A stretch of 64,000 nucleotides of DNA, taken from NCBI RefSeq assembly GCF_032062105.1, contig NW_026920298.1, positions 62,001 through 126,000 on the forward strand. The letters run 5' to 3'. Both the position numbers and the translations under genes were made by a program. The first letter of the stretch is position 1, and each line of letters opens with the position of its first letter. The notes below the pieces were generated by a model that saw nothing but the letters and a program-made list of their open reading frames with translations, made no database searches and was not told where the DNA came from. This document shows, piece by piece, positions 50,885-64,000 of this stretch. This DNA comes from Saccostrea cucullata. Lineage: Eukaryota.

Positions 50885-52849
50885 AAAAATTAACACACCT
50901 AAAATCGTTATTAGAGAAATAAAGCTTTTAAAAGTTTAAACAGTATTGAATTACAAGTAACAACTAAATTATTTGCGAAAACAAACATAGATGTACGAAC
51001 TTTAACATATAACAAGAGAATTTTACAACCTTGCTCGATTTTTCTTTAGATCATGAATTATAAAATCAATCTGAAGTCAAAATCAGATTTAAAATGAGAA
51101 GAACTTTATTATTACTTTCTAAAAAAAAAAAAAAAAAAGAGGAAAAATTTGATTGTCTTAAAATATTTGTCAAATAAAAATCAAAATTACAAACAAAAAC
51201 CTTCAAATTGACTTTGGTTTGTTCTCATTTATGGTTTTAGTACAGATTCTTCCTCTTTTTTTCTTTCTGAAAACTTAATTTTCCTATTCATAATGAAGAA
51301 TTAATTAATAATAAGTATGGAGTGTTCGTCATATTTGCTGTTTTGACCTCCCATCTGTTTGTAAGTATTCGCCGAAATAGTGTGATATCATTCCTCAATC
51401 TGTCGAGAATAACAACACGAACACCAGCTGTTCTCACTGCAGGAACGGTATGGACAATGCTTGTTCACGTCTCACTGAAAACTAGATTACAGAAATAATC
51501 ACGTCTTTATGCAGTTCAAGAGGTGAAATATAAATATCAGAATCAGTTTGATTTGTTCTCCTTATAAATCCAGTAATGGTACTTTGTAATATATTGCAAG
51601 TTTTATTCAGTCATATCTTGTGTATTAATCATGTTAATATTATGTAATTTTGGAACTGATTCAAAAGTTGTATTTAACATGTCATGTGATTAATCATTTT
51701 TTACATATTATTTCATACACTACATGACAATAACTATACTAACTTCACATATTGCAAAAATGCTACATAATGTTTTTTTTTTTTTAGCCATGCCCTGATT
51801 CTATGAGTTTTTTTTAAAAAACATGTTTCATGACATTAAAAGCAGTGATAATCATTTTTATGCCAAAATAAAAAAAAATGTAATTACATGTAATTGAAAG
51901 CAATAAAATTCCAGCCATATATTAAAATGAAGCATCGTTCTCAAGAGCATATCCTAGAAAATTGCTTGAATAATAATAATTTCATGCAAGTGCAATATTT
52001 GGCTTGTTTATACAATGTTTATTCTCTAGGTTCCAATTTGCCAAACTTTCTTTTTTCAATAAAATAATTCAATAAAGTGGCTACTAAAGTCAATTGAATA
52101 CTGCACGTGTTACTTTTTGCCTTTAAATATTGATTGATGACAAATTGAAAATAAACGTTCAGGTTGGCTTCGTTGAAAGAAACTTCTCCAGCGCTTTGAT
52201 CATTCAGTTTTCTTGGGTGGTTTTGAGGAAAGGTTATTATCACAATAAATAGCAATTATCGTATACCAAAAAAAACCCCTTACTTTTATACTTTTTTTTA
52301 TTAGGGTTGCAGAGTGGGGAGTCATCTTCCGGTATGTGAAGGATAATTTTAAGTAAAATTGATTTTACTCTCTTTAACTTTTTGCAGGTTGAGAGGAAAC
52401 ATCAATTTCGTTATAATAGTGATATATCACTATTATAGTGATATACAATACTAGTAATAGTGGGTATAAAATTGGGCATTTGGCACCCTTCCAGTTTACA
52501 TTTATGAATTTTAATTAGATTTTCTGCCGATGCGTCTAAAATTGCGAACATACTTTTTAAGGGATGTTGTATTTTCAACATTGCAACCAGTGATTGTGGT
52601 AGTATTCAAGAAAGACTGAATCTCGATTTCTAATAAAATAATGTTTGTAATAACTTTCAGTCCGCATTGAAATATGTTTTTTGAATTAACAGAAGAGAGT
52701 CAAGGATGATTTTTGTCTGCACGGTTACGGGCATCCACACCCGTCGTGGCAAATGGAAAAAAAATCATAACGTGTAAATTATTCTTACGGAACCGATTTG
52801 TAATGCAATGGATCATATACAATATATTAAGTTTTTCTTCTACAAACTA

Positions 52850-53150
52850 ATTGTTGTTTAACGTCCCATTCGAGAAAAATTGCGATCATATAGAGACTTC
52901 ACCATAAATCGGTGAATGACTTCAGATTTTGACCTTCACTCTACACTTACCACCATTGAGCAGTGAGAGATCTTTATCATGTCAACGTCTACCGTGACAC
53001 CGGGAGCCTCGGTTTCAAAGGTCTCATCCAAAGGACCCGCAACTTTCACTTCAAGGTGCCGAGCGCATGTCGTAGAAACAGTTGCTACCCATTTTGTATC
53101 GAATAAGGTGAGTCGCGACCGAGATTCGAATTCACGACCTTCCAAACAGG
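52850..53150 (-). mobile_element. tRNA-derived SINE (related subfamily)
   Basis: TTGTTTAACGTCCC..CTCGGTTTCAAAGGTCTCATCC..GAGATTCGAATTC. Confidence 0.7.
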
Positions 53151-53256
53151 GATACAGATAAGTATCACTTTTTTTCTTGACGATAAACCCGCAAGTTCGA
53201 ATGATTATTCTAATTTAAAAAAACACATTTTTTTCTTACATGGAATGACCTGTGAA

Positions 53257-54445
53257 ATGAAATATATGGAGATAACGAACAGTTTATCAAGATCAAAAGT
53301 CCATAAAACAGAGAAACCACAAATCGGGATTTAACGGGAAAATCCGTCGTCAATTCATTTTATAGATGATGGACTAACAATTAGTATGAAAAACGTCAGT
53401 CAGCATTTAACTCTATGATAAATTGTATTTGCTGACAAGGTCATTATATCGACCGTAGAACTTATGAAATGATTAATTTAAACGAGACTGTTGTTTCATA
53501 AATTTGTTTGTCAATAATTTACTTCGTTATAGAACTTGTTAATACGTAGAGCATGCTCTTGCGTATCGAATTAACTGAGATATATAAACTCCGTAAGCAG
53601 GTGAAGAAGGTATATTGTTGCATAAATAAGGGATGTTGATTCTAGAAAAGTTAAAGTCATCACGTTTATCATAGAGTTTGGTTGTTAGATTACCATTATT
53701 GTCTTTTTCAAGCCAGTTATCCAAATATGAAAATGATGTGTCATATTCTGTGGTATCTTTTATCTCAATCTCACCAGGATATATCGTATCGACATAAGAA
53801 TGGAAATTACCATTGTTTGTCAATATATCTAAATGTCGAGTTAAAGGCCACACCAAGTGTTTACTTCTTTTCACGCATAAAATTTTGCACAAATTCTGCT
53901 TCATATGAATACAAAAATAGGTCTGCTAATAACGGCATGTAGATGATACGCATTATAATTCCAATAGATTGTTGGAAGCCCGGTCTCCAAAAACAACAAA
54001 GATATTGTCAATAAGAAACTCAAGCATATTTGTTATGTAACTTCAGAGTACTTGTGTTTACAATCAGATTTTTAACAAAACAATCTGCAATTGACCAATG
54101 ACAAGGTAAGGTATTTTACGAGTTCACTTTAATTGAAAAAGCAGCTGTCAATGATATCAAAAAGCCTTGACTTTAATTTGTCGTGGGGAATGGTTGTGTA
54201 TAAAGTTGAAAAGTCATAAGTTTTTAAGCTCTTGATTTTGGTTAAATCTTGTGATTTCAAATTGTTCATACGTTCCTTAGAATTTTTAAGTATCCACATC
54301 TGATTTTCACAACTTCTTGAATATATTGTTGCACAGTATTCTTAAAGTTTCTCCTTTACTACTGTTAATATCGTAGTGAGGAGTAAAGAAAAAGGCTTGG
54401 TTGAACATTTACTGTGGCCCACTTTGTATCTATGTTTGTAAGGAT
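53257..54445 (-). mobile_element. Longest Penelope-like (Naiad-like) RT fragment
   Basis: Minus strand reads KCSTKPFSLLLT..QMWILKNSKE..KTYDFSTLYTTIPHDKLKSRL (motif A) ..LYDKRDDFNF..NIPSSPAYGVYISQLIRYARACS. The ORF ends right after the thumb with no C-terminal GIY-YIG. The 3' structured core is deleted in this copy. Confidence 0.85.
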
Positions 54446-54639
54446 GTAAAAGTGACATCTTTCATGCATACATTTTGCACGATTTATCAATCTTAAAAAC
54501 TGCATGAAACTATATTTTACAACATTTTGTACTGAAAAAGGCCATGTAATCTTATTTAAAACTCTACCAGAATTAATTTATTTCTTTAATTATAAATGAA
54601 ATAAACAAAGAAACAGCTCTGGCTAGAAAGGGCTGTTGA

Positions 54640-55052
54640 CTTCAAACGAGATTGTAGACATACGTATAATTCATCAACTAGGTTGTCAGAAGCCTGCTTT
54701 GTTTTTTTAAAAAATGCTCGTATGAAGAGCAAGCTCTTGCATACTGAATCAACTGTGAGACATTAGCCCCTATGCGGGTAAAAATGAGAATTTCCTCCAA
54801 AAATAAAGAGAAGTTGTCGATAGAAAAAGTTGATGTCCTCAGGTTTATTATCAAGTTTAGTTTAGTCGTTGGTTTGCCATTGATCTTTTTCTCCAATATA
54901 AATATCAAATATGTGACTGGCCGGCAGGGGATGCTCACTTCTCCATGGCACCTGATCCCACCTCTAAGTTTCGTGTTTGCTCTGCTCCTATTTTGTATTG
55001 TTTTATGGATTTTTTTATCTTGAATATTGTTCGTTATCAGCATATGTTTCAT
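54640..55052. mobile_element. Penelope-like inverted junction: thumb fragment (minus, about 54640-54910) fused to 3' UTR fragment (plus, about 54912-55052)
   Basis: SQLIQYARACSSYEHFLKK on the minus strand abuts TGTGACTGGCCGGCAGGGGATGCTCAC on the plus strand. Confidence 0.7.
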
Positions 55053-56040
55053 GAAGTAGTTGTTTCATACTCCGTGGTGGTTATTAATTCTGGAAAATGT
55101 TGCTTTACATGTTTTTCTTGTAATTTTTTGTTGAATCAAAACTTAAATGAATCATAAATCATATTCATTAAGGAAGTTCCATATTAATTTTTTCTATCTT
55201 GCCCCGCCTCAACGGCCGAAACGTACAGTATTTAAGGTATGTCTTATTCTTAAGATTTTTAAAATATTTTGAACTGAGTGAGATAAAATGGAGAACGGGA
55301 GAAAGTTGCAGACAGAAAAGCAATCTCTTTACAAATAGTCAACCAAGGACAAATTTTAGTCTGAAAAGCAAACCATAGTATTGCTTCGTTTTGATGAGGA
55401 AAATGTTTAAAGTCATCTGGCGATAACTACACTGATGGCCTGTCGTTTCTTTCACCCTTCTTGTCAGTTTGATGCTCATTAGAGCTTGCGCTGCTTTGTC
55501 ATTGAAACAACGTATACAAAATCTAGATGTTCATGCACATGTAGATGCCACACAATATTTGAACACATCTTTACTGAAGAAAGCAATCCTGTAATTAAAT
55601 AATCACACCTCTTTCAATACCCATCAAAATATTGACAGCAGTGAAGATGAAACTTCAGAAGTATATTACAACAACAAACTCGAGAAGCTGAATTGCGTTA
55701 ATAACATTAATTACTCAACCATTTCAAAAACCTTAATAATTACAAATTTGAATTACAGAATTTTAAAAATCAATAAACATACGATTTTCGAGGCTTTATA
55801 CATGCATTCCTCAGATTTAATTAAAGAACTAAAGTTATGCATATCGACATCATAGACAACCACTTTTTCAATAATAATGGAACTTTTAAATGTTCATACC
55901 TTTGAAAAATCACTTTTTGTATATTTAGATTACAATACCATACCAATCTGCAACATCGTCAGCAAACGGAAATTACTAGTATCACAAAGAACAATTTTGA
56001 AACTATTATGATAGGAAGATGTACTTTCAAAATTATTATT

Positions 56041-56278
56041 ATGAAGGATATGGAGATAATAAACAGTATTCAAGCTCAAAAGTCCGTTCGAATAATACAA
56101 AATCGTGAGCAGAGCAAACACGGACCTCTAAAACATCAGAGGTGGGATCAGGTGCCATGGAGGAGTGAGCATCCCCTGCTGACCGGTCACACCTGCCGTG
56201 TGCTCCTTGTCATGATCGGGAAATAACGGAAAAATCCCTCGTCAATTCAGTGTATAAATAATGGACTAACAATTAGCA
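56041..56278 (-). mobile_element. Penelope-like 3' fragment (well preserved)
   Basis: Full 3' UTR up to the ORF stop. Confidence 0.82.
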
Positions 56279-58909
56279 TTAGTATTTTATTTCATTTTTC
56301 TCCATTTAATGGTTGTTTTTCCTGTTACGCTGAGCATCCAAACAATGACTACTCAAGTATTATTCTGTAAATTCAGTTAATTGACCGTCATGAACTCAGG
56401 TTACCTTCTGAAACATAAATGAATAATATACATGTTTACACAAATCTACTAAAAATCAACTCTTTGAATCCTACACAGATTACATATCAAAAAGGAGTCA
56501 TCTCTGTAGCGATCTAGGATATTGGATCAAAGAAAACCACAGTAATTAGAGTTTGGATGCTCTAACCAACAAAGTTACCCACTTTGTTTAATTTCCAATA
56601 GAATATCTTATGGTCAATCTGTCGAGCGATATACGATAGAAAACCCTTGTTTTATTGAGAAAACAATGGCATGTGGTTCTTTCTTTGACTTATTCCAAGA
56701 ACTCAATAGTGTATGGAAAAGTGCATTTCTAGCATCACAATTTTTTCTCAATAACTTTGTCCCTACATGAACTCTTTGACGGGTAAGAAAAAAAAACATT
56801 TTTTAACAGCTGTTCAATATATTTTTTTTTTTGAGTTATGAGTGTTTGAAGAAAAACATCTCTAACTTTTCCTTCAGACATTCCGTGTATGTCGACAACA
56901 TTTTCAAGAAGACTTTTAATGCTTGTAACATTAAAAAGATCTGATTTTGTTATGATTAGTTGGAAAGTTTATCATGGTGCACACTCTTTTTATTTCAATA
57001 GCTGATTGAGTTTTAGGACCTGGGTTTTAAGTGCAAAAACCAAATACACAAAAACAACTGAAAATCTAAACAAAGCAAACAGGTGTATAGCTTTCTTAGA
57101 CATGGAGTTTTTTTTTTTGATAGATTCATTTGTTTTATGTACTGGTATACAATTTGCAAATAGGAAAAATACTTTTTTGTTCCGTATAACATTTTAATCT
57201 TTCTTTGTGCGCTTTAACTTATCTTATGTCTCTCTTTTTATATCTCCCGAAATTAAAATAATACAAATCTGAGCTAAAAATAAAAATACGAGATTAAGTG
57301 AAGATTAAGATGATAATTGCTATCTCTGTTCAAATCAAAATTTCACCGATTTTGAACTTTAACATCCGCACGTTTCTATAGTTAAATTGACTTTAAACTG
57401 TGTCTGATATTTAAATACCGAGTCGGAAATAAATCGGTTATTATTTTAAATCTTAGATATCTATGAAACCGATTGATTTCAATTGTGTATGTAATTTACA
57501 GGAAAGCCCTATCTTTAAGTAACAAAACTAATAGAAAGACCTTTTTAATTTTAATTGGTCAGAACTTAACAAAAATACGCCATATATGACTATAATACTA
57601 TGTATTTACATATGACAAAAATATGTTATATTTCTGTTCCTGATTTGTATTGATTGGTATTTTGCTTACTCTGACTTTTGTTATCAATGGTAGATGATCA
57701 GGTTTTAACCTTTGATGATATTATTATTATATATTTAGAGATGACCAATGCAGTATCTTAATGTTTCCTGACTGTTTCTGATTTGTAGTTCATGTCAATT
57801 ATTTTCATCTATAATTTGTTTGGTGAACAATTTGTTTTGTAAAAAGGCTTGAAATATATTCTGCCTCTTTAATTTCTTTTGTGTATCGCCATAATGGAAT
57901 TATCACCAATCTAAAATTTCACTTATGAATACAGGTTTTAACATTGTAAGTAATTAAGATATTATTATTATATATTATATGTTATTTGTATCTTCTCACT
58001 AGACCAATGCAGTATCTTATATTCAAAATAACTATATACATATTTTCCTATAAATCTTTCTTTAAAATAATTGAATATAAAGTACACTGTAATTTATTTC
58101 AGTGAATGCCAAAAAGTAGGATATGTTTTTTCTGTTTGTTTGTGTTTGGATGGTTGGTTTTCTTGGTATGTTGTTATAGTGGTAATTTTTGCTAGCAGAA
58201 ATTGAATCCATGTGGTGAATGGTATAGTTATTAACATAATCTGACACTGCATGTGCTGTACAAATGCCGTGGTCACTTGTGCAATAGTTATAATACATAT
58301 ATACTTTGCTTTGGCATGCTTGACTATGATGTAATGTGATGGAATCATAGGATTATATAAACGATCTGTCTGCTATTGTATGAAATGTTCGTGCAATAGC
58401 AAAGAATGGGATATAAAAGTTGGACACGTTTAAATTAACAACACAAATACTGGAAGCGAGATAGATATGCATGTTATATGACTATGTCAGTATAGTCAAT
58501 GTCATAATAGAAAAAAATAATTATATTACAACACATCCACATACATAATCGTACGAAGAATATTCATTTAGCAAGCTAATTATGACCCAGACAATATCAA
58601 ATTGTTAGCCGTCTGATAACGTATAAGCCTTAATTGGGGGTAAACATTAGTGTCCTCCATTCGATTAAGGTCATTACAGCATAACTCGTGCCCTGTATTT
58701 GTTCATCAGGTCATTTGTAAATACTATTGGTTCATTTTCAGGGAATCAATGCAAGTAATTTACCGATTATGTTTATCTCTCTGACTGACCATTCATATCG
58801 CTGTCCACAATCAGGTTAACTAGGAAGTTCTGTATCTTGTCGTATACTTTCCTTCGTATGAGTACCCCAATTACCTCTCTCTTCAATAACTTTTATGTCA
58901 TTTTGCACC

Positions 58910-59125
58910 CTAATCAGAAGGTCTTGGGTTCGAATCTCGACCGAGACTGACTTAAGGGCACAAAAATAGCAAATGTCGCAATTTGAACAACTGTTCCTTA
59001 AAACGGAGGCCATGTAGTAGCTTAGCAATTTGAAGTGAAAGTCAGGAATATTTTGAGCTTTCTATTTGAATGAAAAATTCTCAAATGGGCAGTTAAAATT
59101 ATATAAAGAATGATTCAATCAAACT
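58910..59125 (+). mobile_element. Decayed tRNA-derived SINE
   Basis: B-box GGGTTCGAATCTC and the family 3' end ATGAAAAATTCTC..GGG..GTTAAA..TCAATCAA. Confidence 0.5.
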
Positions 59126-60237
59126 TTTGTCATATTTGTTCCTGCTTTTTGGATACACATGCAGTCATTTATGTCGTAATGTTTGTTTATATACAGAGAG
59201 TTATCACTCTGATAACGGCAAATAAAACCTGAACACGATAGTTTAGATATGTATGGTGATTTTCCCCATAAAAACTACGTTCAGTCCATCTAAAATATGA
59301 AATCTTTACGACTTCTGGACAAATTGTCAGAGAATGATCCAGACGCAATTTGTCAAAGCCAATAAATATTAGGATCCCGCAGCAGTAATTTTATTATTCC
59401 TTCTGCTGGAAATGTACGACACTATGTTACCCAATAAACTGATGAAATACGATACAGGGAACAACTCTAAACCACACTTATGTTCAAGACAATTTGTGTT
59501 ATTTGTCAATTGATTCGTGTAACATTTCCTTCATCATATACATCTAGAACAAGTAGAATGCCAAGTGAAATACCGCAAAAGATTTTTTTTTTCAATTTCA
59601 AAGCATAATTATTTTGAATATTTTCTTGCTTACTGGGAACTTATCAATTTTACATTATGTACTTTGTTTAATTGAAAATAGAAAAGAAGGAAAAATATTC
59701 TTCAGAACTTCCTCAGTTCCATTTTCATTTTATTTAAATATTTTTCTTTTAACGATGCTACACTGCAGGATTTATATGTTACAGATTAAATTGACAATTT
59801 TCTTTTAACGATGCTTTGATTCATGAATGACAAAAAAAACATGCACCAAAACAATGCTTCACTTTTTTTTATAGAGACAACATTGCATTTGTAGCCGCTT
59901 GATTTTCTTTTTCATAATAAAGATTTGCTTTACCGTAGGAACTTCATTTCAATTTTAAATATTCAATACCACAAACCCTCTTAACTACCATTATTAGATT
60001 CATTCATCGGTAACATTTCTTCCTAATTTAGAATATTTGTGTAATATTTTTTTTTATTGTAAAAAATTAAAATCACTATGTACAAGCATTCGAAAAATTA
60101 AATTATGATGTGTTTAACCCCTTGCGATTTTAGTCTCATAATAAAGTTAACGTCTCTCTAAATAGAATAATTTCAAAGAATGTAATATTCTTCCAAGTTT
60201 TATAGCATTTTCCGCCAACAACTTCTGCCTTAATATA

Positions 60238-60432
60238 ATCTGTGAAAATAACGAACACTATTCAAGCTCAAGAGTCCATTAAACACTACAAAATAGGAGC
60301 AGAGCAAACCTTGACCTCCAAAACTTCAGAGGTAGGATCAGGGGCCATGGAGGAGTGAGCATCCCCTGCCGACTGGTCACACCCACAGAGTGCTCCTTGT
60401 CATGATCGGCAAATTAAGGAAAAATCCGTCGA
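60238..60432 (-). mobile_element. Penelope-like 3' fragment
   Basis: Reverse complement of the conserved 3' UTR. Confidence 0.78.
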
Positions 60433-61419
60433 TGTAGCTTATTTCAACTGACTGAAAATATCTTTAAGTCAGAATGCATAAAAATCTGTACTTTGTATTT
60501 ATTTTAAATAGAATTTAACTTCAACTTTCCTTTTGGTATTTTTTCAGAATATATCATTAAGAACATCTAGAACACGCATTCGAATCAATAAAAAATACTC
60601 GTATTTCATGTTTCTGCTTTAAACAAATCATCGCACCATAAATAATGAAAACGATATAAAAACACATATCAATACACGCTATAAATCAGTGAACCAAAAT
60701 AGTGTCCACTTTTTATACGACATAAACAACACAAAATTGCAATTAGTGTATGTGCATATGAATATAGATTGGGATTTTCACATTATATTTCAAAAGATGA
60801 AGACATTTAAAGTTAATCTTATACGAATTTCGAAATGATACTTAATTTATTCACTATAGACAGATCATTAAACGTATGATAAACGCGACAATTGTTTTAT
60901 ATAGATACAGAACTACAATTCGTAATTATTGTAATGTCAAAAATCTGTATTTCCACAAGCGATCATAAAAGCATATTGACGACCCGATCAACAGTATACC
61001 ATCAGTTAATTTTTCCTAAAGCGGGCGACCAGTTGTTTGTTTGGTCCCAATCCTAGGCCATGGTCAGGTTTACGATAATTTACTAATGGATTTGCCGTAT
61101 TTGCAAGTGGAAACATTTAGCTTAGAGAATACAAGAGAATAGATAACGAGAAAGAACCATCGCAGGAAGAATGAAATACTGCGATGGAATTTTTCGGCTT
61201 TGGTATTGTTGTACCCTTAAAATGTTTCCATGCCTTTATGTATATTCCAAAGATGAGTGATATACGAATATATACCAATATCCACGAAAATAAATTTATA
61301 TTAAAGAAAGAATTCTAAATGTGTCATGATACAGCTATCTATGTCTTCTGACGTTGATATGACAGTTAATAAACGTGGGTTAATGATATCTTAGAAGCAA
61401 AATATTTTCTTTGTATAGG

Positions 61420-62080
61420 TTACATCATAGAAGCCGAGTAGTATTAATTATATCGTTTTCATGGGGCGTGGAAATCGAGGGCGCGGTTTTATTAAGATTT
61501 CCACGCCCCATGAAAACGATATAACCAATAGTACGAGGCATCTATGATGTAAGCAACTTGTCGCATGTCTGATGACGTAAATTTCATTGAGAGTGTCAAA
61601 ATTCAATAATTAAAAAAAGATTCATTTCAAGCTAGCTCTCCAACATGCCGGACGTTCTTAGTGAATTTGACTTTGAGTTTTTAACTGAGTTTGAAGATTT
61701 TGACAATTTATTTTTGAGCCAGGCACTCGACATATATGAAATCACAGAAACAAATAGCAAGGAGTTTAACGATAAAAAGTTTGGAGATTTTCCCGTAACT
61801 TTCAAATTTTCAAAATGGATTAATCTTTTGAACGACTGGGAACTTTCAACCGAGTTAAATACATGTATTTTAATTTAGTTAAAGGCTAAGAAATAGCTAT
61901 ACATGTTCATTTTTCTGTGGTTATGAACTTGTGAAATAAAATAAGTTTTTTTCTCATGACCTGATTTATGCCTTCTGCAGTGATATATGAAGGGGCGTGG
62001 AAAGTATTATCGCATATGTGATATGGGATATATCACTACAGAAAGATCAAAGAAAATCACCGCAGATATGCGACAATTAT
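61420..62080 (+). mobile_element. Hairpin-ended element with a truncated acidic ORF start (Crypton-like, tentative)
   Basis: About 55-bp-arm hairpin at 61420-61552. Arm motif GGGGCGTGGAAA is repeated at about 61992. ORF 61645-61878 reads MPDVLSEFDFEFLTEFEDFDNLFLSQALD... Confidence 0.55.
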
Positions 62081-62679
62081 TAATTCCTTCTTGAAAAATA
62101 TCATTTCCCAAACATACATGCAGTCATATATTTTCAACACTTAACATATTCTAAAAAAAATCACGCGTAAAAAAAATTGTAATAATAATTACTTTCTCGA
62201 TAGGTAAATGAATATCATCTTCCATCTTCTAAAGTAATTGATTTTTGAAATGTGGTTCATTTTAAAAGTACTTTTGTTCCCAAATCGTCATCAAATATCA
62301 ATAGATATGCACGTCATTAAAACAACTTTTGCAATGGCATTATTGTAGGACGACTGATATGTATATTTTATTATAAATCAAGTCTTAATTCGAAACAATT
62401 ATATACAATTCAAAAGAAGTAAGGGATACTGTAGTTTGTGATTAAAACGTTCACATAAACAAAGGGTTGTTCAGTTCCTTAACGAGGAAGCATTCCAAAG
62501 AATTTCATCACCCAAAAACATCTACCACACTCTCACGATCTGCACTGGGTGCTACTGATGATCAAGGGTGTTCTGTCGCAACATTGCATGCCTCTGATTT
62601 GGAAGGTTAAAGCCACTCTGAAGAAAGATTCTGAAGAGAAAGCATCAGATAATCAGTTGTTGAAGTTGATGATTAGGCC

Positions 62680-63226
62680 ATGCGCCGTCTAACACGGAAT
62701 ACGAAGTTACGTGCCCTTGGCATGGTACAGCTTGGCATAAGTCAGGTAGCTGTGTCAAGGGTAATGAATGTTTTCCAGTCGGTTACCAGTTAGATTATGG
62801 TCCAGATATCGTTCTACAGGATCTGATCAGGCTCAGGACAGATTTATCCACACCATTGCCTTGAGATATCGCCTGGTTACAGCAAATAAGGTAAGGTCTA
62901 AACTTCAAAGGGATACTGGCTTGGTAGTGAGTGGCAAAAAGATCAGGAGTCGACTGCACAGATTTAAGTTTCAAGTCCGACGTCCTCATGGCATTCCCTA
63001 GTTGAGGGATCGTCACTTTAGGGCCCGACTCTAATGGTGTCGTCACCATCAACGCTGGGATAATCGCCGATGGAATCATATGATGTTCTCATATGAGTCA
63101 AGGTTCACTGTGGAATTCCTGGACAGACGCTGGAGGGTTTGGCGCCGACTTAACGGACGTTTCCATGACGTTAAGTCATTTGACATGATCGGTATGGGGG
63201 TGGATCTGTAATGGTTTAGGGAGGCA
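62680..63226 (+). pseudogene. Tc1/mariner-family transposase remnant (element may start near 62404)
   Basis: Across frameshifts: MRRLTRNTKLRALGMVQLGISQVAVSRVMNV (HTH), QDRFI..VSGKKIRSRLH..RRP, RL*WCRHHQRW..WNHMMFSYESRF (degenerate FSDESRF), and YGGGSVMV*GG. Truncated before the rest of the DDE domain. Confidence 0.85.
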
Positions 63227-64000
63227 GCACTGTTTTTGGTGTTGCTGCTGGACATGTCACAGGGCAGTGCTACCGTTCCCCAAAATGACATGGGGAGTCT
63301 CTTAATGAGAATGCCATGCCGAATCCGAGTTTGTTTGGCCAGTTGAGGTTTACCCGCTACTGACTCTGTTTCATAATTGTGGTAAATTTGCTGTTTGACC
63401 TTGTACTGCTGTTGACCCTTATTCTGGATTTTTTTTTCTTTTCAGGATTTTGACAGATGTTCCTAAATGTAGTGATGTCATTTGTTTTCTCCTGACCTCA
63501 TGATCTGCATTTCATTGTTCTTGTCAATCCAATATCTTCTACTTTTTTATTAATTGCATATATTTTTCTCGTTCAAAGAAAGATAACTTGAAAATACTAT
63601 CTTTTTTTAAGTTAGGCACTGGAATAAAAATGTTACCAGATAATCATGCTAAACTATACTTCATGTAAAACAAAATTTATCTGCATCTGTTTCATTCTTT
63701 ACTTTTAAAAATGCTTCTAAAATCTTGATATCCTTGATATCCTTGAGAAGTGCCCTAAATAGCTTCACAATATCTTTTCCATTATTTCTATTAAAAATAG
63801 GGAATGCATATAAACAGATAACTACTGTTGTTTGAATTCGTATAATACACTGTATGTGAACAAAAATAGTATTCTGAATGATGCCTTGTATTTCATAATA
63901 AGTTCTAAGTAATAGCACAAGTTGCTGAACACTATGTTATTATTTTGTTATAATTCTGCTACATGTAAATAAACAAACAGGAAATGAGAAGGTAGATCAC

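Noticed and set aside
62680-63226. Active or domesticated Tc1 transposase
   Set aside because: Multiple frameshifts and stops, first catalytic Asp replaced (FSYESRF), and the C-terminal half is missing.

Overview
AT-rich animal genomic DNA. The repeat repertoire suggests a bivalve, probably an oyster (inference). One protein-coding gene dominates: a minus-strand group II-like metabotropic glutamate receptor (GRM2/3-like). I reconstruct four coding exons with GT-AG boundaries and matching phases: 44035-42691, 37143-36080, 13929-13740 and 5330-5209 (2721 nt, 906 aa). The last exon is missing from the ORF track. The rest is intron, UTR and intergenic DNA rich in mobile elements. These are about 19 5'-truncated fragments of a Penelope-like retroelement (RT at the C-terminus, Naiad-like; about 13% of the window), TTAA-flanked TIR elements including a 4.9-kb cargo element with perfect 28-bp TIRs, Helentron-type non-autonomous elements (one with 166-bp repeats), tRNA-derived SINEs, two hairpin-ended elements, and a dead Tc1 transposase. 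Best leads: (1) a conserved, apparently covarying multi-helix RNA in the 3' UTR of the Penelope-like element, which has no hammerhead; (2) RFX X-box-like palindromes placed symmetrically about 142 bp inside both ends of the 4.9-kb element; (3) a fold-back MITE in the predicted mGluR 3' UTR; (4) four uORFs in the mGluR leader; (5) a competing splice donor that would swap the receptor C-terminus. All analysis was by eye, so repeat boundaries are approximate.
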